NCBI RefSeq assembly: GCF_017348835.2
Contig: NZ_CP071375.1
Source of the DNA: Escherichia coli
Lineage (GTDB): Bacteria; Pseudomonadota; Gammaproteobacteria; Enterobacterales; Enterobacteriaceae
Reading direction: 5' to 3' (one strand)
DNA length: 64,000 nucleotides
The position numbers and the translations under genes were made by a program. Below, piece after piece: positions 1 to 14,611 of this stretch (positions are counted from its first letter, which is position 1; each line of letters opens with the position of its first letter). Under the pieces are notes generated by a model. The model was not told the origin of the DNA. It saw nothing but the letters and a program-made list of their open reading frames with translations, and ran no database searches.

Positions 1-143
1 AAACGTCGCTTTGATAGAGAGTTTTTATCAAATATGTGAATAATGCAGACAATGGCATTTTGGACTTTTCACAGGGTCTGGTTGCGCAGGTATAGTAATA
101 CTTACAGCGTATTAAAGACGTTACGGGAAGGAGTAGGTATAGA

Positions 144-1386
<1,243 letters not shown>

Positions 1387-1387
1387 A

Positions 1388-2311
1388 GTGAAAAAATTAC
1401 GTATCGGCGTAGTGGGATTAGGCGGCATTGCGCAAAAAGCGTGGTTACCGGTGCTGGCGGCAGCGTCTGACTGGACGTTACAAGGAGCCTGGTCGCCTAC
1501 GCGCGCGAAAGCCCTGCCAATTTGTGAAAGCTGGCGCATTCCTTATGCCGATTCGTTATCCAGCCTTGCCGCCAGTTGCGATGCGGTTTTTGTACATTCC
1601 AGCACCGCCAGTCACTTTGACGTGGTCAGTACGTTACTCAATGCGGGGGTACATGTCTGTGTCGATAAACCGCTGGCAGAAAATCTGCGCGATGCTGAAC
1701 GGCTGGTGGAACTGGCGGCGCGGAAAAAACTGACGTTGATGGTCGGTTTTAACCGTCGTTTCGCACCACTCTACGGTGAGTTAAAAACGCAACTCGCCAC
1801 CGCAGCCTCGCTAAGAATGGATAAACATCGTAGCAATAGCGTCGGGCCACACGATCTTTATTTCACGTTGCTGGATGATTATCTGCATGTGGTGGATACC
1901 GCGCTGTGGTTGTCGGGCGGCAAAGCCTCTCTGGATGGCGGTACGCTACTGACTAACGACGCTGGCGAAATGCTGTTTGCCGAGCACCATTTTTCGGCCG
2001 GTCCTTTGCAGATCACCACCTGTATGCATCGCCGTGCCGGAAGTCAGCGTGAAACCGTGCAGGCCGTGACTGACGGTGCGCTGATCGACATTACGGATAT
2101 GCGCGAATGGCGTGAGGAGCGTGGGCAGGGTGTAGTGAATAAACCGATTCCTGGTTGGCAGAGCACTCTTGAGCAACGTGGATTTGTCGGCTGTGCGCGG
2201 CACTTCATTGAATGTGTGCAAAATCAGACAGTTCCGCAAACCGCCGGCGAACAGGCAGTGTTGGCGCAACGTATCGTTGACAAGATCTGGCGCGATGCGA
2301 TGAGTGAATAA
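1388..2311 (+). CDS. yceM: Gfo/Idh/MocA-family oxidoreductase YceM (MviM)
   Basis: Rossmann motif GVVGLGGIAQKA near N-terminus; start moved to GTG at 1388 (VKKLRIG) directly after the yceH stop, giving 307 aa. Confidence 0.85.
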   Translation: MKKLRIGVVGLGGIAQKAWLPVLAAASDWTLQGAWSPTRAKALPICESWRIPYADSLSSLAASCDAVFVHSSTASHFDVVSTLLNAGVHVCVDKPLAENLRDAERLVELAARKKLTLMVGFNRRFAPLYGELKTQLATAASLRMDKHRSNSVGPHDLYFTLLDDYLHVVDTALWLSGGKASLDGGTLLTNDAGEMLFAEHHFSAGPLQITTCMHRRAGSQRETVQAVTDGALIDITDMREWREERGQGVVNKPIPGWQSTLEQRGFVGCARHFIECVQNQTVPQTAGEQAVLAQRIVDKIWRDAMSE

Positions 2312-2333
2312 ACCCTGTAACATCTGGCGGTAG

Positions 2334-3956
<1,623 letters not shown>

Positions 3957-3965
3957 CAATGCATT

Positions 3966-3986
3966 CCGGCCTGCAGTGCAGGCCGG
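3966..3986. terminator. GC-rich palindromic hairpin between convergent murJ and flgN
   Basis: CCGGCCTGCA-G-TGCAGGCCGG perfect 10-bp stem seen in sequence; no clear U-tract, so terminator function is inferred. Confidence 0.4.
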
Positions 3987-3995
3987 AGATAATCT

Positions 3996-4412
3996 TCAGA
4001 TCGAAATCTTTTTACCGCCGCGATGGGTTGTTGAGGTCTGACCGTTCGCCCCATATAGCGTCGGTTCCTGATGCGGTTTCAACATTTCCAGCGCCTGTTG
4101 ATTGCGCTCAATCTGTCCTTCCAGTAACCAGCCGTTATGTTGATTCATTTGGCGTAGTTGCTGCGTTTTCACAGCAATTTCCTGCCAGCGTTGACTAATA
4201 TCAATGCTATTTGCAGTATTGGGTTCTTTCCTGCGTAACTGTTCGAGGTAATCCAACGTTGCCAGCAGTGAGCTTTTTTGTTCTGTAATCCATTGCAACT
4301 GGCTGCCGTTGATCTGCCCCATAGAGAGATGTTGCTGCTCTTGATCCATTACCGTTTTGAGATCGTTAAGCACAGCGGACATCTGGTCGAGGATCTCTGC
4401 AAGACGCGTCAT
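3996..4412 (-). CDS. flgN: flagellar export chaperone FlgN
   Basis: 138-aa ORF recognised as FlgN; downstream of flgM in same operon. Confidence 0.92.
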   Translation of the reverse strand: MTRLAEILDQMSAVLNDLKTVMDQEQQHLSMGQINGSQLQWITEQKSSLLATLDYLEQLRRKEPNTANSIDISQRWQEIAVKTQQLRQMNQHNGWLLEGQIERNQQALEMLKPHQEPTLYGANGQTSTTHRGGKKISI

Positions 4413-4416
4413 ACGA

Positions 4417-4710
4417 TCAGTTACTCTGCAAGTCTTGCTGTGCTTCGTTGATCAGCGCATCGGCAATTTTGCCGGTGTCCATTTTTAGTTCACCGTTACG
4501 AATCGCCAGTTTTAACGCTTCGACACGTTCAAGATTGATATCACTGCTACCGGGTTGCATCAGTTTTGCTTGCGCGTCGCTTAACGTCACACTGGTACTG
4601 GTGGAGGCTGTTGTTTTTGCCGCCCGGGTGTTCGTTACCGGCGCGTCAGTGGTTTCGCGCGGTTGAACGGTGCTTACAGGCTTCAGAGGCGAAGTGCGAT
4701 CAATACTCAT
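4417..4710 (-). CDS. flgM: anti-sigma-28 factor FlgM
   Basis: 97-aa ORF recognised as FlgM. Confidence 0.93.
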   Translation of the reverse strand: MSIDRTSPLKPVSTVQPRETTDAPVTNTRAAKTTASTSTSVTLSDAQAKLMQPGSSDINLERVEALKLAIRNGELKMDTGKIADALINEAQQDLQSN

Positions 4711-4753
4711 GGTTTATTCCTCATTGAGGGCGCTTTTATCATGTGTTGCTTAT

Positions 4754-4780
4754 TTATCGGCAAGGGACGGGTAATCTTTA
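4754..4780 (-). promoter_or_regulatory. sigma-28 (FliA) class 3 promoter of flgMN
   Basis: Minus strand reads TAAAGATT-N11-GCCGATAA, a near-perfect match to the sigma-28 consensus TAAAGTTT-N11-GCCGATAA, about 45-70 nt upstream of the flgM start. Confidence 0.8.
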
Positions 4781-4785
4781 ACAGC

Positions 4786-5445
4786 TTACAGGTTTATAAG
4801 AATATTCCCATCTGCATCAACAACGCCGCTGACTACCTGTCCCGACACCATGCGCACCCGCGCATTCTGTGCGACGGCTGCATTGTTCAGCGCCTGACCT
4901 TCAGCATTGGCGCTAAACCCATCACCGCTGGCGATCACGTTGACGCGTTGTCCCGCTTTTACCCGCCATGCCTGGCGAAACTGGGTTAACTGGATAGGTT
5001 GATCGGGTGATAGATCGCGCAGGCTAACGGCATCAACAAGTTGATTGATATCCAGCACCGTACGCGGCGGCAGGGTATCCAGCCGTCCGCGTTTCAGTTT
5101 GACATTGCCAGCTTCCAGCTTTCCTCCCCGCACAATGGGCATCGCGGCAACCACATAATTTCCTGTGGCCTGCACATTAACCTGTAAATATCGTTTGTCG
5201 TTACCGCAGCGTGCCAACACATTCACATTGCCCCACAGGCGGGAATTATTGCTCATCGAAAGCAATGGCTGCTCGCACGGTGGTAGTAGATTGGGCGCTG
5301 TACGAATAGAAACACGAACCTCATCACTTATCCCTGCGAGCTGGGAGCTAAAAAAGGATTGCAATTGCGATGTGAGATTGCTCGCCGCACTTAACGGACT
5401 GAACAGTATCGCGATGATCGCCACGCTACGTTTTATTGCCAGCAT
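4786..5445 (-). CDS. flgA: flagellar basal-body P-ring assembly chaperone FlgA
   Basis: 219-aa ORF recognised as FlgA; divergent from flgB. Confidence 0.92.
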   Translation of the reverse strand: MLAIKRSVAIIAILFSPLSAASNLTSQLQSFFSSQLAGISDEVRVSIRTAPNLLPPCEQPLLSMSNNSRLWGNVNVLARCGNDKRYLQVNVQATGNYVVAAMPIVRGGKLEAGNVKLKRGRLDTLPPRTVLDINQLVDAVSLRDLSPDQPIQLTQFRQAWRVKAGQRVNVIASGDGFSANAEGQALNNAAVAQNARVRMVSGQVVSGVVDADGNILINL

Positions 5446-5599
5446 TTTCGCCCCCAGCCATTTCTACAACGTGAATTGTACCTGTCCGCAATGACGATCA
5501 ACGGCATAAATAGCGACCCATTTTGCGTTTATTCCGCCGATAACGCGCGCGTAAAGGCATTTAAGCTGATGGCAGAATTTTGATACCTGCGGAGGAGAT
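5446..5599. promoter_or_regulatory. divergent flgA / flgB class 2 (FlhDC-dependent) promoter region
   Basis: 154-bp intergenic region between divergent flgA and flgB; assignment from established flagellar regulon organisation, FlhDC boxes not individually mapped. Confidence 0.55.
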
Positions 5600-6016
5600 A
5601 TGCTCGATAAGCTCGACGCCGCCTTACGTTTTCAACAAGAGGCGCTCAATCTGCGCGCCCAGCGTCAGGAAGTGCTGGCAGCAAACATCGCCAATGCCGA
5701 TACCCCTGGTTATCAGGCGCGCGATATCGATTTTGCCAGTGAACTTAAAAAAGTCATGCAACGTGGACGGGATGCAACCAGTGTGGTTGCTCTGACGATG
5801 ACCTCAACGCAACACATTCCGGCGCAGGCGCTGACGCCTCCTACCGCAGAACTGCAATACCGTATTCCGGACCAGCCTTCGCTTGACGGTAATACCGTCG
5901 ATATGGATCGCGAACGCACCCAGTTTGCCGATAACAGCCTGCAATACCAGATGAGCCTTAGTGCGTTGAGCGGGCAAATCAAAGGCATGATGAACGTTTT
6001 ACAGAGCGGAAATTAA
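5600..6016 (+). CDS. flgB: flagellar basal-body rod protein FlgB
   Basis: 138-aa ORF recognised as FlgB. Confidence 0.93.
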
Positions 6017-6019
6017 CGG

Positions 6020-6424
6020 ATGGCACTGCTGAATATTTTTGATATCGCCGGATCGGCGTTAACTGCCCAGTCCCAGCGCCTGAACGTGGCGGCCAGTAAT
6101 CTGGCGAATGCTGATAGTGTGACCGGTCCCGATGGACAGCCATATCGGGCAAAACAGGTGGTATTCCAGGTTAACGCTGCACCAGGTGCTGCGACAGGCG
6201 GCGTAAAGGTTGCCGATGTTATAGAAAGTCAGGCCCCGGACAAACTGGTTTATGAACCGGGTAATCCGCTGGCGGATGCAAAGGGCTACGTAAAAATGCC
6301 GAACGTTGATGTTGTCGGAGAGATGGTTAACACCATGTCGGCGTCACGCAGCTATCAGGCCAATGTTGAAGTGCTCAACACGGTGAAAAGCATGATGCTG
6401 AAAACCCTTACGCTCGGTCAATAA
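6020..6424 (+). CDS. flgC: flagellar basal-body rod protein FlgC
   Basis: 134-aa ORF recognised as FlgC. Confidence 0.93.
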
Positions 6425-6435
6425 AGGAGAAAGCT

Positions 6436-7131
6436 ATGTCCATTGCGGTAACCACCACCGATCCGACAAATACCGGCGTCAGTACCACCAGCAGTAGTTC
6501 GCTGACGGGCAGCAACGCCGCAGATTTACAAAGCAGTTTTCTGACTTTGCTGGTGGCGCAGCTGAAAAACCAGGACCCGACCAATCCAATGGAAAACAAC
6601 GAGCTGACGTCGCAATTGGCACAAATCAGCACGGTCAGCGGGATTGAAAAACTCAATACCACGCTCGGATCTATTTCCGGACAGATTGATAACAGCCAGT
6701 CGTTACAGGCCAGTAACCTGATCGGTCACGGCGTGATGATCCCCGGCACCACTGTTCTTGCGGGAACCGGCAGTGAAGAAGGGGCTGTGACCACGACCAC
6801 GCCGTTTGGTGTTGAGCTGCAACAGGCGGCAGACAAAGTTACGGCCACCATCACCGATAAAAATGGCGCGGTTGTGCGCACCATTGATATTGGTGAACTG
6901 ACCGCCGGAGTCCACAGTTTCACCTGGGACGGTACGTTGACTGACGGCAGCACTGCGCCGAACGGTTCTTACAACGTAGCGATTAGCGCCAGTAACGGTG
7001 GTACACAACTGGTTGCCCAGCCGCTGCAGTTTGCTCTGGTGCAGGGTGTGATCCGCGGCAACAACGGTAATACGCTGGATCTCGGCACTTACGGCACCAC
7101 CACCCTCGACGAAGTACGGCAGATAATTTAA
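6436..7131 (+). CDS. flgD: flagellar hook capping protein FlgD
   Basis: 231-aa ORF recognised as FlgD. Confidence 0.93.
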   Translation: MSIAVTTTDPTNTGVSTTSSSSLTGSNAADLQSSFLTLLVAQLKNQDPTNPMENNELTSQLAQISTVSGIEKLNTTLGSISGQIDNSQSLQASNLIGHGVMIPGTTVLAGTGSEEGAVTTTTPFGVELQQAADKVTATITDKNGAVVRTIDIGELTAGVHSFTWDGTLTDGSTAPNGSYNVAISASNGGTQLVAQPLQFALVQGVIRGNNGNTLDLGTYGTTTLDEVRQII

Positions 7132-7155
7132 GCCTTCACATTTCAGGAGTCAGTC

Positions 7156-8361
7156 ATGGCCTTTTCTCAAGCGGTTAGCGGATTAAACGCTGCCGCCACC
7201 AACCTCGATGTTATTGGCAACAATATCGCCAACTCCGCCACCTACGGCTTTAAATCAGGCACGGCCTCTTTTGCCGATATGTTTGCCGGTTCGAAAGTGG
7301 GACTGGGGGTAAAGGTTGCCGGTATCACTCAGGACTTTACCGATGGCACGACCACCAACACCGGGCGTGGTCTGGACGTTGCTATCAGCCAGAACGGTTT
7401 TTTCCGTCTGGTAGACAGCAACGGTTCGGTGTTCTACAGCCGTAACGGACAATTTAAGCTGGATGAGAACCGTAACCTGGTGAATATGCAAGGTTTACAG
7501 CTGACGGGTTACCCGGCAACCGGTACGCCGCCGACTATTCAGCAAGGGGCGAATCCGACCAATATTTCGATCCCGAATACCCTGATGGCAGCGAAAACTA
7601 CCACCACGGCGTCGATGCAGATCAACCTGAATTCCAGTGATCCGCTTCCCTCTGTTAACGCATTCGATGCCAGCAATGCGGATAGCTATAACAAAAAAGG
7701 TTCGGTGACTGTTTTCGATAGTCAGGGTAATGCTCATGACATGAGCGTGTACTTTGTGAAGACCGGGGATAATAACTGGGAGGTCTACACCCAGGATAGC
7801 AGTGATCCAACAGGCACAGCTGACCGTGCAATGACGCTGGTGTTTAATGCCAATGGCGTTCTGACGTCAAATCCAACAGAGAATATTACAACTGGCGCAA
7901 TTAACGGCGCAGACCCCGCCACGTTTAGCCTGAGCTTCCTCAACTCCATGCAGCAAAATACCGGCGCTAACAACATTGTGGCAACCACCCAGAACGGATA
8001 CAAACCGGGCGATCTGGTGAGTTATCAAATCAATGATGACGGTACGGTTGTTGGCAACTATTCCAACGAACAAACCCAACTGCTGGGGCAGATTGTACTG
8101 GCGAACTTTGCCAACAACGAAGGTCTGGCATCCGAAGGCGACAACGTCTGGTCTGCGACGCAATCTTCTGGCGTGGCGCTGTTGGGGACAGCCGGGACGG
8201 GCAACTTTGGCACCCTGACCAACGGTGCGCTGGAAGCGTCCAACGTCGATCTCAGTAAAGAACTGGTCAATATGATCGTTGCCCAGCGTAACTATCAGTC
8301 TAACGCCCAGACCATCAAAACCCAGGACCAGATCCTCAACACGCTGGTTAACTTACGCTAA
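7156..8361 (+). CDS. flgE: flagellar hook protein FlgE
   Basis: 401-aa ORF recognised as FlgE. Confidence 0.93.
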   Translation: MAFSQAVSGLNAAATNLDVIGNNIANSATYGFKSGTASFADMFAGSKVGLGVKVAGITQDFTDGTTTNTGRGLDVAISQNGFFRLVDSNGSVFYSRNGQFKLDENRNLVNMQGLQLTGYPATGTPPTIQQGANPTNISIPNTLMAAKTTTTASMQINLNSSDPLPSVNAFDASNADSYNKKGSVTVFDSQGNAHDMSVYFVKTGDNNWEVYTQDSSDPTGTADRAMTLVFNANGVLTSNPTENITTGAINGADPATFSLSFLNSMQQNTGANNIVATTQNGYKPGDLVSYQINDDGTVVGNYSNEQTQLLGQIVLANFANNEGLASEGDNVWSATQSSGVALLGTAGTGNFGTLTNGALEASNVDLSKELVNMIVAQRNYQSNAQTIKTQDQILNTLVNLR

Positions 8362-8380
8362 TCGCTGACGGGATAGCTCA

Positions 8381-9136
8381 ATGGATCACGCAATTTATAC
8401 CGCGATGGGAGCAGCCAGTCAGACGCTGAATCAACAGGCGGTAACCGCCAGTAATCTGGCCAATGCCTCTACGCCCGGTTTTCGTGCGCAGTTAAACGCC
8501 TTGCGCGCAGTGCCGGTGGAAGGGCTTTCACTGCCTACGCGCACGTTGGTAACGGCGTCAACACCGGGTGCAGACATGACGCCCGGCAAAATGGATTACA
8601 CCTCGCGCCCGCTGGACGTTGCGTTGCAGCAGGATGGCTGGCTGGCCGTGCAGACCGCTGACGGCAGCGAAGGGTATACGCGTAATGGCAGCATTCAGGT
8701 TGATCCCACCGGGCAACTGACAATTCAGGGGCATCCGGTGATAGGCGAGGCGGGGCCAATTGCTGTGCCGGAAGGGGCGGAAATCACGATAGCTGCCGAT
8801 GGCACAATCTCGGCGCTGAATCCGGGCGATCCGGCAAATACGGTTGCGCCAGTGGGGCGTCTGAAGCTGGTGAAAGCCACGGGCAGCGAAGTCCAGCGCG
8901 GTGACGACGGCATTTTTCGTTTAAGCGCAGAAAGCCAGGCTACACGTGGACCGGTACTGCAGGCAGATCCAACCTTGCGTGTGATGTCGGGGGTTCTGGA
9001 AGGCAGTAACGTCAATGCCGTTGCGGCAATGAGCGACATGATTGCCAGCGCGCGGCGTTTTGAAATGCAGATGAAGGTGATCAGCAGCGTCGATGATAAC
9101 GCAGGCCGTGCCAACCAACTGCTGTCGATGAGTTAA
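8381..9136 (+). CDS. flgF: flagellar proximal rod protein FlgF
   Basis: 251-aa ORF recognised as FlgF. Confidence 0.93.
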   Translation: MDHAIYTAMGAASQTLNQQAVTASNLANASTPGFRAQLNALRAVPVEGLSLPTRTLVTASTPGADMTPGKMDYTSRPLDVALQQDGWLAVQTADGSEGYTRNGSIQVDPTGQLTIQGHPVIGEAGPIAVPEGAEITIAADGTISALNPGDPANTVAPVGRLKLVKATGSEVQRGDDGIFRLSAESQATRGPVLQADPTLRVMSGVLEGSNVNAVAAMSDMIASARRFEMQMKVISSVDDNAGRANQLLSMS

Positions 9137-9228
9137 TTGAAAGGATACATGACAAGTATAAGTTGCCCGATGCGCAAGTTTATCGGGTCTATGGGGGCAA
9201 TCGCAATTTATCGATTTTGCGAGCTCTT

Positions 9229-9265
<37 letters not shown>

Positions 9266-9289
9266 AAGACATATGCACTTTGTCACTAA

Positions 9290-10090
<801 letters not shown>

Positions 10091-10142
10091 GGCATAACCG
10101 GTGGCAGGTTCACCGGTTTATTGATTTTTGAAGATGATAGCC

Positions 10143-10841
10143 ATGCAAAAAAACGCTGCGCATACTTATGCCATTTCCAGCTTGTTGGTGCTTTCACTAA
10201 CCGGCTGCGCCTGGATACCCTCCACGCCGCTGGTGCAGGGGGCGACCAGTGCACAACCGGTTCCCGGTCCGACGCCCGTCGCCAACGGTTCTATTTTCCA
10301 GTCTGCTCAGCCGATTAACTATGGCTATCAACCGCTGTTTGAAGATCGTCGACCACGCAATATTGGCGATACGCTGACCATCGTGTTGCAGGAGAACGTC
10401 AGCGCCAGCAAAAGCTCCTCTGCGAATGCCAGCCGTGACGGTAAAACTAATTTTGGCTTTGATACTGTGCCGCGCTATTTGCAGGGGCTGTTTGGTAACG
10501 CTCGTGCCGATGTCGAAGCCTCCGGTGGTAACACGTTCAACGGAAAAGGCGGGGCCAATGCCAGCAATACCTTTAGCGGCACGTTGACGGTGACGGTTGA
10601 CCAGGTACTGGTCAACGGCAATCTGCATGTGGTGGGTGAAAAACAGATTGCCATTAATCAGGGTACCGAATTTATTCGCTTCTCTGGCGTGGTTAATCCA
10701 CGCACTATCAGCGGCAGCAATACCGTACCGTCTACTCAGGTGGCGGATGCGCGCATTGAATACGTAGGCAATGGCTACATTAACGAAGCGCAAAATATGG
10801 GCTGGTTGCAGCGTTTCTTCCTTAACCTGTCGCCAATGTAA
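10143..10841 (+). CDS. flgH: flagellar L-ring lipoprotein FlgH
   Basis: Start moved to ATG 10143 ([24 protein letters not shown], lipobox LTGC), 232 aa. Confidence 0.9.
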
Positions 10842-10852
10842 GTGAGGCTGTG

Positions 10853-11950
10853 GTGATTAAATTTCTCTCTGCATTAATTCTTCTACTGGTTACGACGGCG
10901 GCTCAGGCTGAGCGTATTCGCGATCTCACCAGTGTTCAGGGGGTAAGGCAAAACTCACTGATTGGCTATGGCCTGGTAGTGGGGCTGGATGGCACCGGTG
11001 ACCAGACAACCCAGACGCCGTTTACCACACAAACGCTTAATAACATGCTCTCACAGCTGGGAATTACCGTTCCGACGGGCACCAATATGCAGCTAAAAAA
11101 CGTTGCTGCGGTAATGGTGACGGCGTCACTTCCACCGTTTGGACGTCAGGGGCAAACCATTGACGTGGTGGTTTCTTCCATGGGAAATGCCAAAAGCCTG
11201 CGTGGCGGCACATTGTTGATGACTCCGCTTAAGGGCGTTGACAGTCAGGTGTATGCGCTGGCGCAGGGCAATATTCTGGTTGGCGGCGCAGGAGCCTCCG
11301 CTGGCGGTAGCAGTGTTCAGGTGAACCAACTGAATGGTGGACGGATCACCAATGGTGCGGTTATTGAACGTGAATTGCCCAGCCAGTTTGGCGTCGGGAA
11401 TACCCTTAATTTGCAACTTAACGACGAAGATTTCAGCATGGCGCAGCAAATCGCTGACACCATCAACCGAGTGCGTGGATATGGCAGCGCCACCGCGTTG
11501 GATGCGCGGACTATTCAGGTGCGCGTACCAAGTGGCAACAGTTCCCAGGTCCGTTTCCTTGCAGATATCCAGAATATGCAGGTTAATGTCACCCCGCAGG
11601 ACGCTAAAGTAGTGATTAACTCGCGCACCGGTTCGGTGGTGATGAATCGCGAAGTGACCCTCGACAGCTGCGCGGTAGCGCAGGGGAATCTCTCAGTTAC
11701 GGTAAATCGTCAGGCCAATGTCAGCCAACCAGATACACCGTTTGGTGGCGGACAGACCGTGGTAACGCCACAAACGCAGATCGATTTACGCCAGAGCGGC
11801 GGTTCGCTGCAAAGCGTACGTTCCAGCGCCAGCCTCAATAACGTGGTGCGTGCGCTCAATGCGCTGGGCGCTACGCCGATGGATCTGATGTCTATTTTGC
11901 AATCAATGCAAAGTGCGGGATGTCTGCGGGCAAAACTGGAAATCATCTGA
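10853..11950 (+). CDS. flgI: flagellar P-ring protein FlgI
   Basis: Start set at GTG 10853 ([18 protein letters not shown] signal peptide), 365 aa. Confidence 0.9.
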
Positions 11951-12891
11951 TGATCAGCGACAGCAAACTACTGGCAAGTGCGGCCTGGGATGCGCAATCA
12001 CTCAACGAACTAAAGGCGAAAGCGAGCGAAGATCCGGCGGCAAATATCCGTCCGGTGGCCCGTCAGGTGGAAGGGATGTTCGTGCAGATGATGTTGAAAA
12101 GCATGCGCGACGCTTTACCAAAAGATGGCCTGTTCAGCAGCGAGCACACTCGCCTGTATACCAGTATGTATGACCAGCAGATTGCCCAACAGATGACGGC
12201 GGGCAAAGGTCTGGGGCTTGCAGAGATGATGGTTAAGCAGATGACGCCAGAACAACCATTGCCAGAGGAGTCCACGCCAGCAGCACCGATGAAATTCCCG
12301 CTCGAAACCGTGGTGCGTTATCAAAATCAGGCGCTTTCGCAGCTGGTGCAAAAGGCCGTGCCACGTAACTACGATGATTCGCTGCCGGGTGACAGTAAAG
12401 CATTCCTCGCGCAACTCTCGCTGCCCGCCCAACTGGCAAGCCAGCAAAGCGGTGTGCCACATCATTTGATCCTCGCTCAGGCGGCGCTGGAATCTGGTTG
12501 GGGGCAACGGCAAATCCGCCGCGAAAACGGCGAGCCGAGCTATAACCTGTTTGGCGTCAAAGCCTCTGGCAACTGGAAAGGGCCAGTTACTGAAATCACC
12601 ACGACTGAATATGAAAATGGCGAAGCGAAGAAAGTAAAAGCGAAATTTCGGGTCTACAGCTCGTATCTGGAAGCATTGTCGGATTACGTTGGGCTTTTAA
12701 CCCGTAACCCGCGCTACGCTGCCGTGACGACCGCCGCGAGTGCGGAACAGGGGGCGCAGGCCCTACAGGACGCGGGCTATGCCACCGATCCTCACTATGC
12801 CCGTAAACTCACCAACATGATTCAGCAGATGAAATCGATAAGCGACAAGGTGAGCAAAACCTACAGCATGAACATTGATAATCTGTTCTGA
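11950..12891 (+). CDS. flgJ: flagellar rod-assembly protein / peptidoglycan hydrolase FlgJ
   Basis: Start at ATG 11950 overlapping the flgI stop by 1 nt ([13 protein letters not shown]), 313 aa. Confidence 0.9.
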   Translation: MISDSKLLASAAWDAQSLNELKAKASEDPAANIRPVARQVEGMFVQMMLKSMRDALPKDGLFSSEHTRLYTSMYDQQIAQQMTAGKGLGLAEMMVKQMTPEQPLPEESTPAAPMKFPLETVVRYQNQALSQLVQKAVPRNYDDSLPGDSKAFLAQLSLPAQLASQQSGVPHHLILAQAALESGWGQRQIRRENGEPSYNLFGVKASGNWKGPVTEITTTEYENGEAKKVKAKFRVYSSYLEALSDYVGLLTRNPRYAAVTTAASAEQGAQALQDAGYATDPHYARKLTNMIQQMKSISDKVSKTYSMNIDNLF

Positions 12892-12896
12892 ATAAC

Positions 12897-12923
12897 TCAA
12901 GTCCGGCGGGTCGCTGCCGATAA
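12897..12923 (+). promoter_or_regulatory. candidate sigma-28 promoter for flgKL
   Basis: TCAAGTCC-N11-GCCGATAA: perfect -10 element and 5/8 match in the -35 element, 34 nt upstream of flgK. Confidence 0.5.
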
Positions 12924-12956
12924 TACTCTGTAATTGAAGGCTTATAAGGAACCTCC

Positions 12957-14600
12957 ATGTCCAGCTTGATCAATAACGCCATGAGCGGACTGAACGCGGC
13001 CCAGGCGGCGTTAAATACGGCAAGTAATAATATCTCCAGCTATAACGTTGCCGGATATACCCGCCAAACCACTATTATGGCGCAGGCCAATAGCACGTTG
13101 GGTGCTGGCGGCTGGGTTGGCAATGGTGTCTACGTTTCTGGTGTGCAGCGCGAGTATGATGCGTTTATTACCAACCAGTTACGTGCGGCGCAGACGCAAA
13201 GTAGCGGCCTGACTGCCCGCTATGAGCAGATGTCGAAAATCGACAATATGCTCTCCACCAGTACCTCTTCGCTGGCAACACAGATGCAGGATTTCTTCAC
13301 CAGCCTGCAAATGCTGGTGAGTAACGCGGAAGACCCGGCAGCGCGCCAGGCGCTGATTGGGAAATCAGAAGGGGTGGTGAATCAGTTTAAAACCACCGAT
13401 CAGTATCTTCGCGACCAGGACAAACAGGTCAATATCGCGATAGGTGCCAGCGTTGATCAGATCAACAATTACGCTAAACAAATCGCCAGCCTGAACGATC
13501 AAATCTCCCGCCTGACAGGCGTGGGGGCAGGGGCGTCACCTAACAATCTGCTGGATCAACGCGATCAACTGGTGAGCGAATTAAACCAGATTGTTGGTGT
13601 AGAAGTCAGCGTTCAGGATGGCGGCACTTATAACATCACGATGGCCAATGGTTACTCACTGGTTCAGGGAAGTACGGCTCGGCAACTGGCGGCAGTTCCT
13701 TCCAGCGCTGACCCTTCTCGTACGACTGTCGCTTACGTTGATGGGACGGCAGGCAATATTGAGATCCCGGAGAAATTGCTGAATACCGGGTCGCTGGGCG
13801 GCATTCTGACATTCCGTTCTCAGGATCTGGACCAGACGCGTAATACGCTTGGACAACTGGCGCTGGCATTTGCCGAGGCTTTCAACACCCAACACAAAGC
13901 CGGATTTGATGCCAACGGCGATGCTGGTGAAGATTTCTTTGCTATCGGTAAGCCCGCGATTCTGCAAAACACGAAAAACAAAGGTGACGTTGCGATCGGT
14001 GCCACGGTAACTGATGCCTCCGGGGTACTGGCGACAGATTACAAAATCTCGTTCGATAATAATCAGTGGCAGGTCACCCGCCTTGCCAGCAATACCACTT
14101 TTACGGTGACGCCGGATGCCAACGGTAAAGTGGCATTTGATGGTCTGGAGTTGACGTTTACAGGAACGCCTGCCGTTAACGACAGCTTCACGCTGAAACC
14201 AGTAAGTGACGCCATCGTCAACATGGATGTATTAATCACCGACGAAGCGAAAATCGCGATGGCGAGCGAAGAAGATGCGGGTGATAGCGACAACCGCAAC
14301 GGTCAGGCCCTGCTGGATCTGCAAAGCAACAGTAAAACGGTGGGCGGTGCGAAATCCTTTAACGACGCTTATGCCTCGTTAGTGAGTGATATCGGTAATA
14401 AAACCGCGACGTTGAAAACCAGTAGCACCACGCAAGGTAATGTGGTGACGCAGCTTTCCAATCAGCAGCAGTCGATTTCCGGTGTCAATCTCGATGAGGA
14501 GTACGGAAATCTGCAACGTTTTCAGCAGTATTACCTGGCGAATGCGCAGGTTCTGCAGACGGCAAACGCGATTTTTGATGCGCTGATTAACATTCGCTAA
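12957..14600 (+). CDS. flgK: flagellar hook-associated protein 1 FlgK
   Basis: 547-aa ORF recognised as FlgK. Confidence 0.93.
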   Translation: MSSLINNAMSGLNAAQAALNTASNNISSYNVAGYTRQTTIMAQANSTLGAGGWVGNGVYVSGVQREYDAFITNQLRAAQTQSSGLTARYEQMSKIDNMLSTSTSSLATQMQDFFTSLQMLVSNAEDPAARQALIGKSEGVVNQFKTTDQYLRDQDKQVNIAIGASVDQINNYAKQIASLNDQISRLTGVGAGASPNNLLDQRDQLVSELNQIVGVEVSVQDGGTYNITMANGYSLVQGSTARQLAAVPSSADPSRTTVAYVDGTAGNIEIPEKLLNTGSLGGILTFRSQDLDQTRNTLGQLALAFAEAFNTQHKAGFDANGDAGEDFFAIGKPAILQNTKNKGDVAIGATVTDASGVLATDYKISFDNNQWQVTRLASNTTFTVTPDANGKVAFDGLELTFTGTPAVNDSFTLKPVSDAIVNMDVLITDEAKIAMASEEDAGDSDNRNGQALLDLQSNSKTVGGAKSFNDAYASLVSDIGNKTATLKTSSTTQGNVVTQLSNQQQSISGVNLDEEYGNLQRFQQYYLANAQVLQTANAIFDALINIR

Positions 14601-14611
14601 GGGGAGATAAG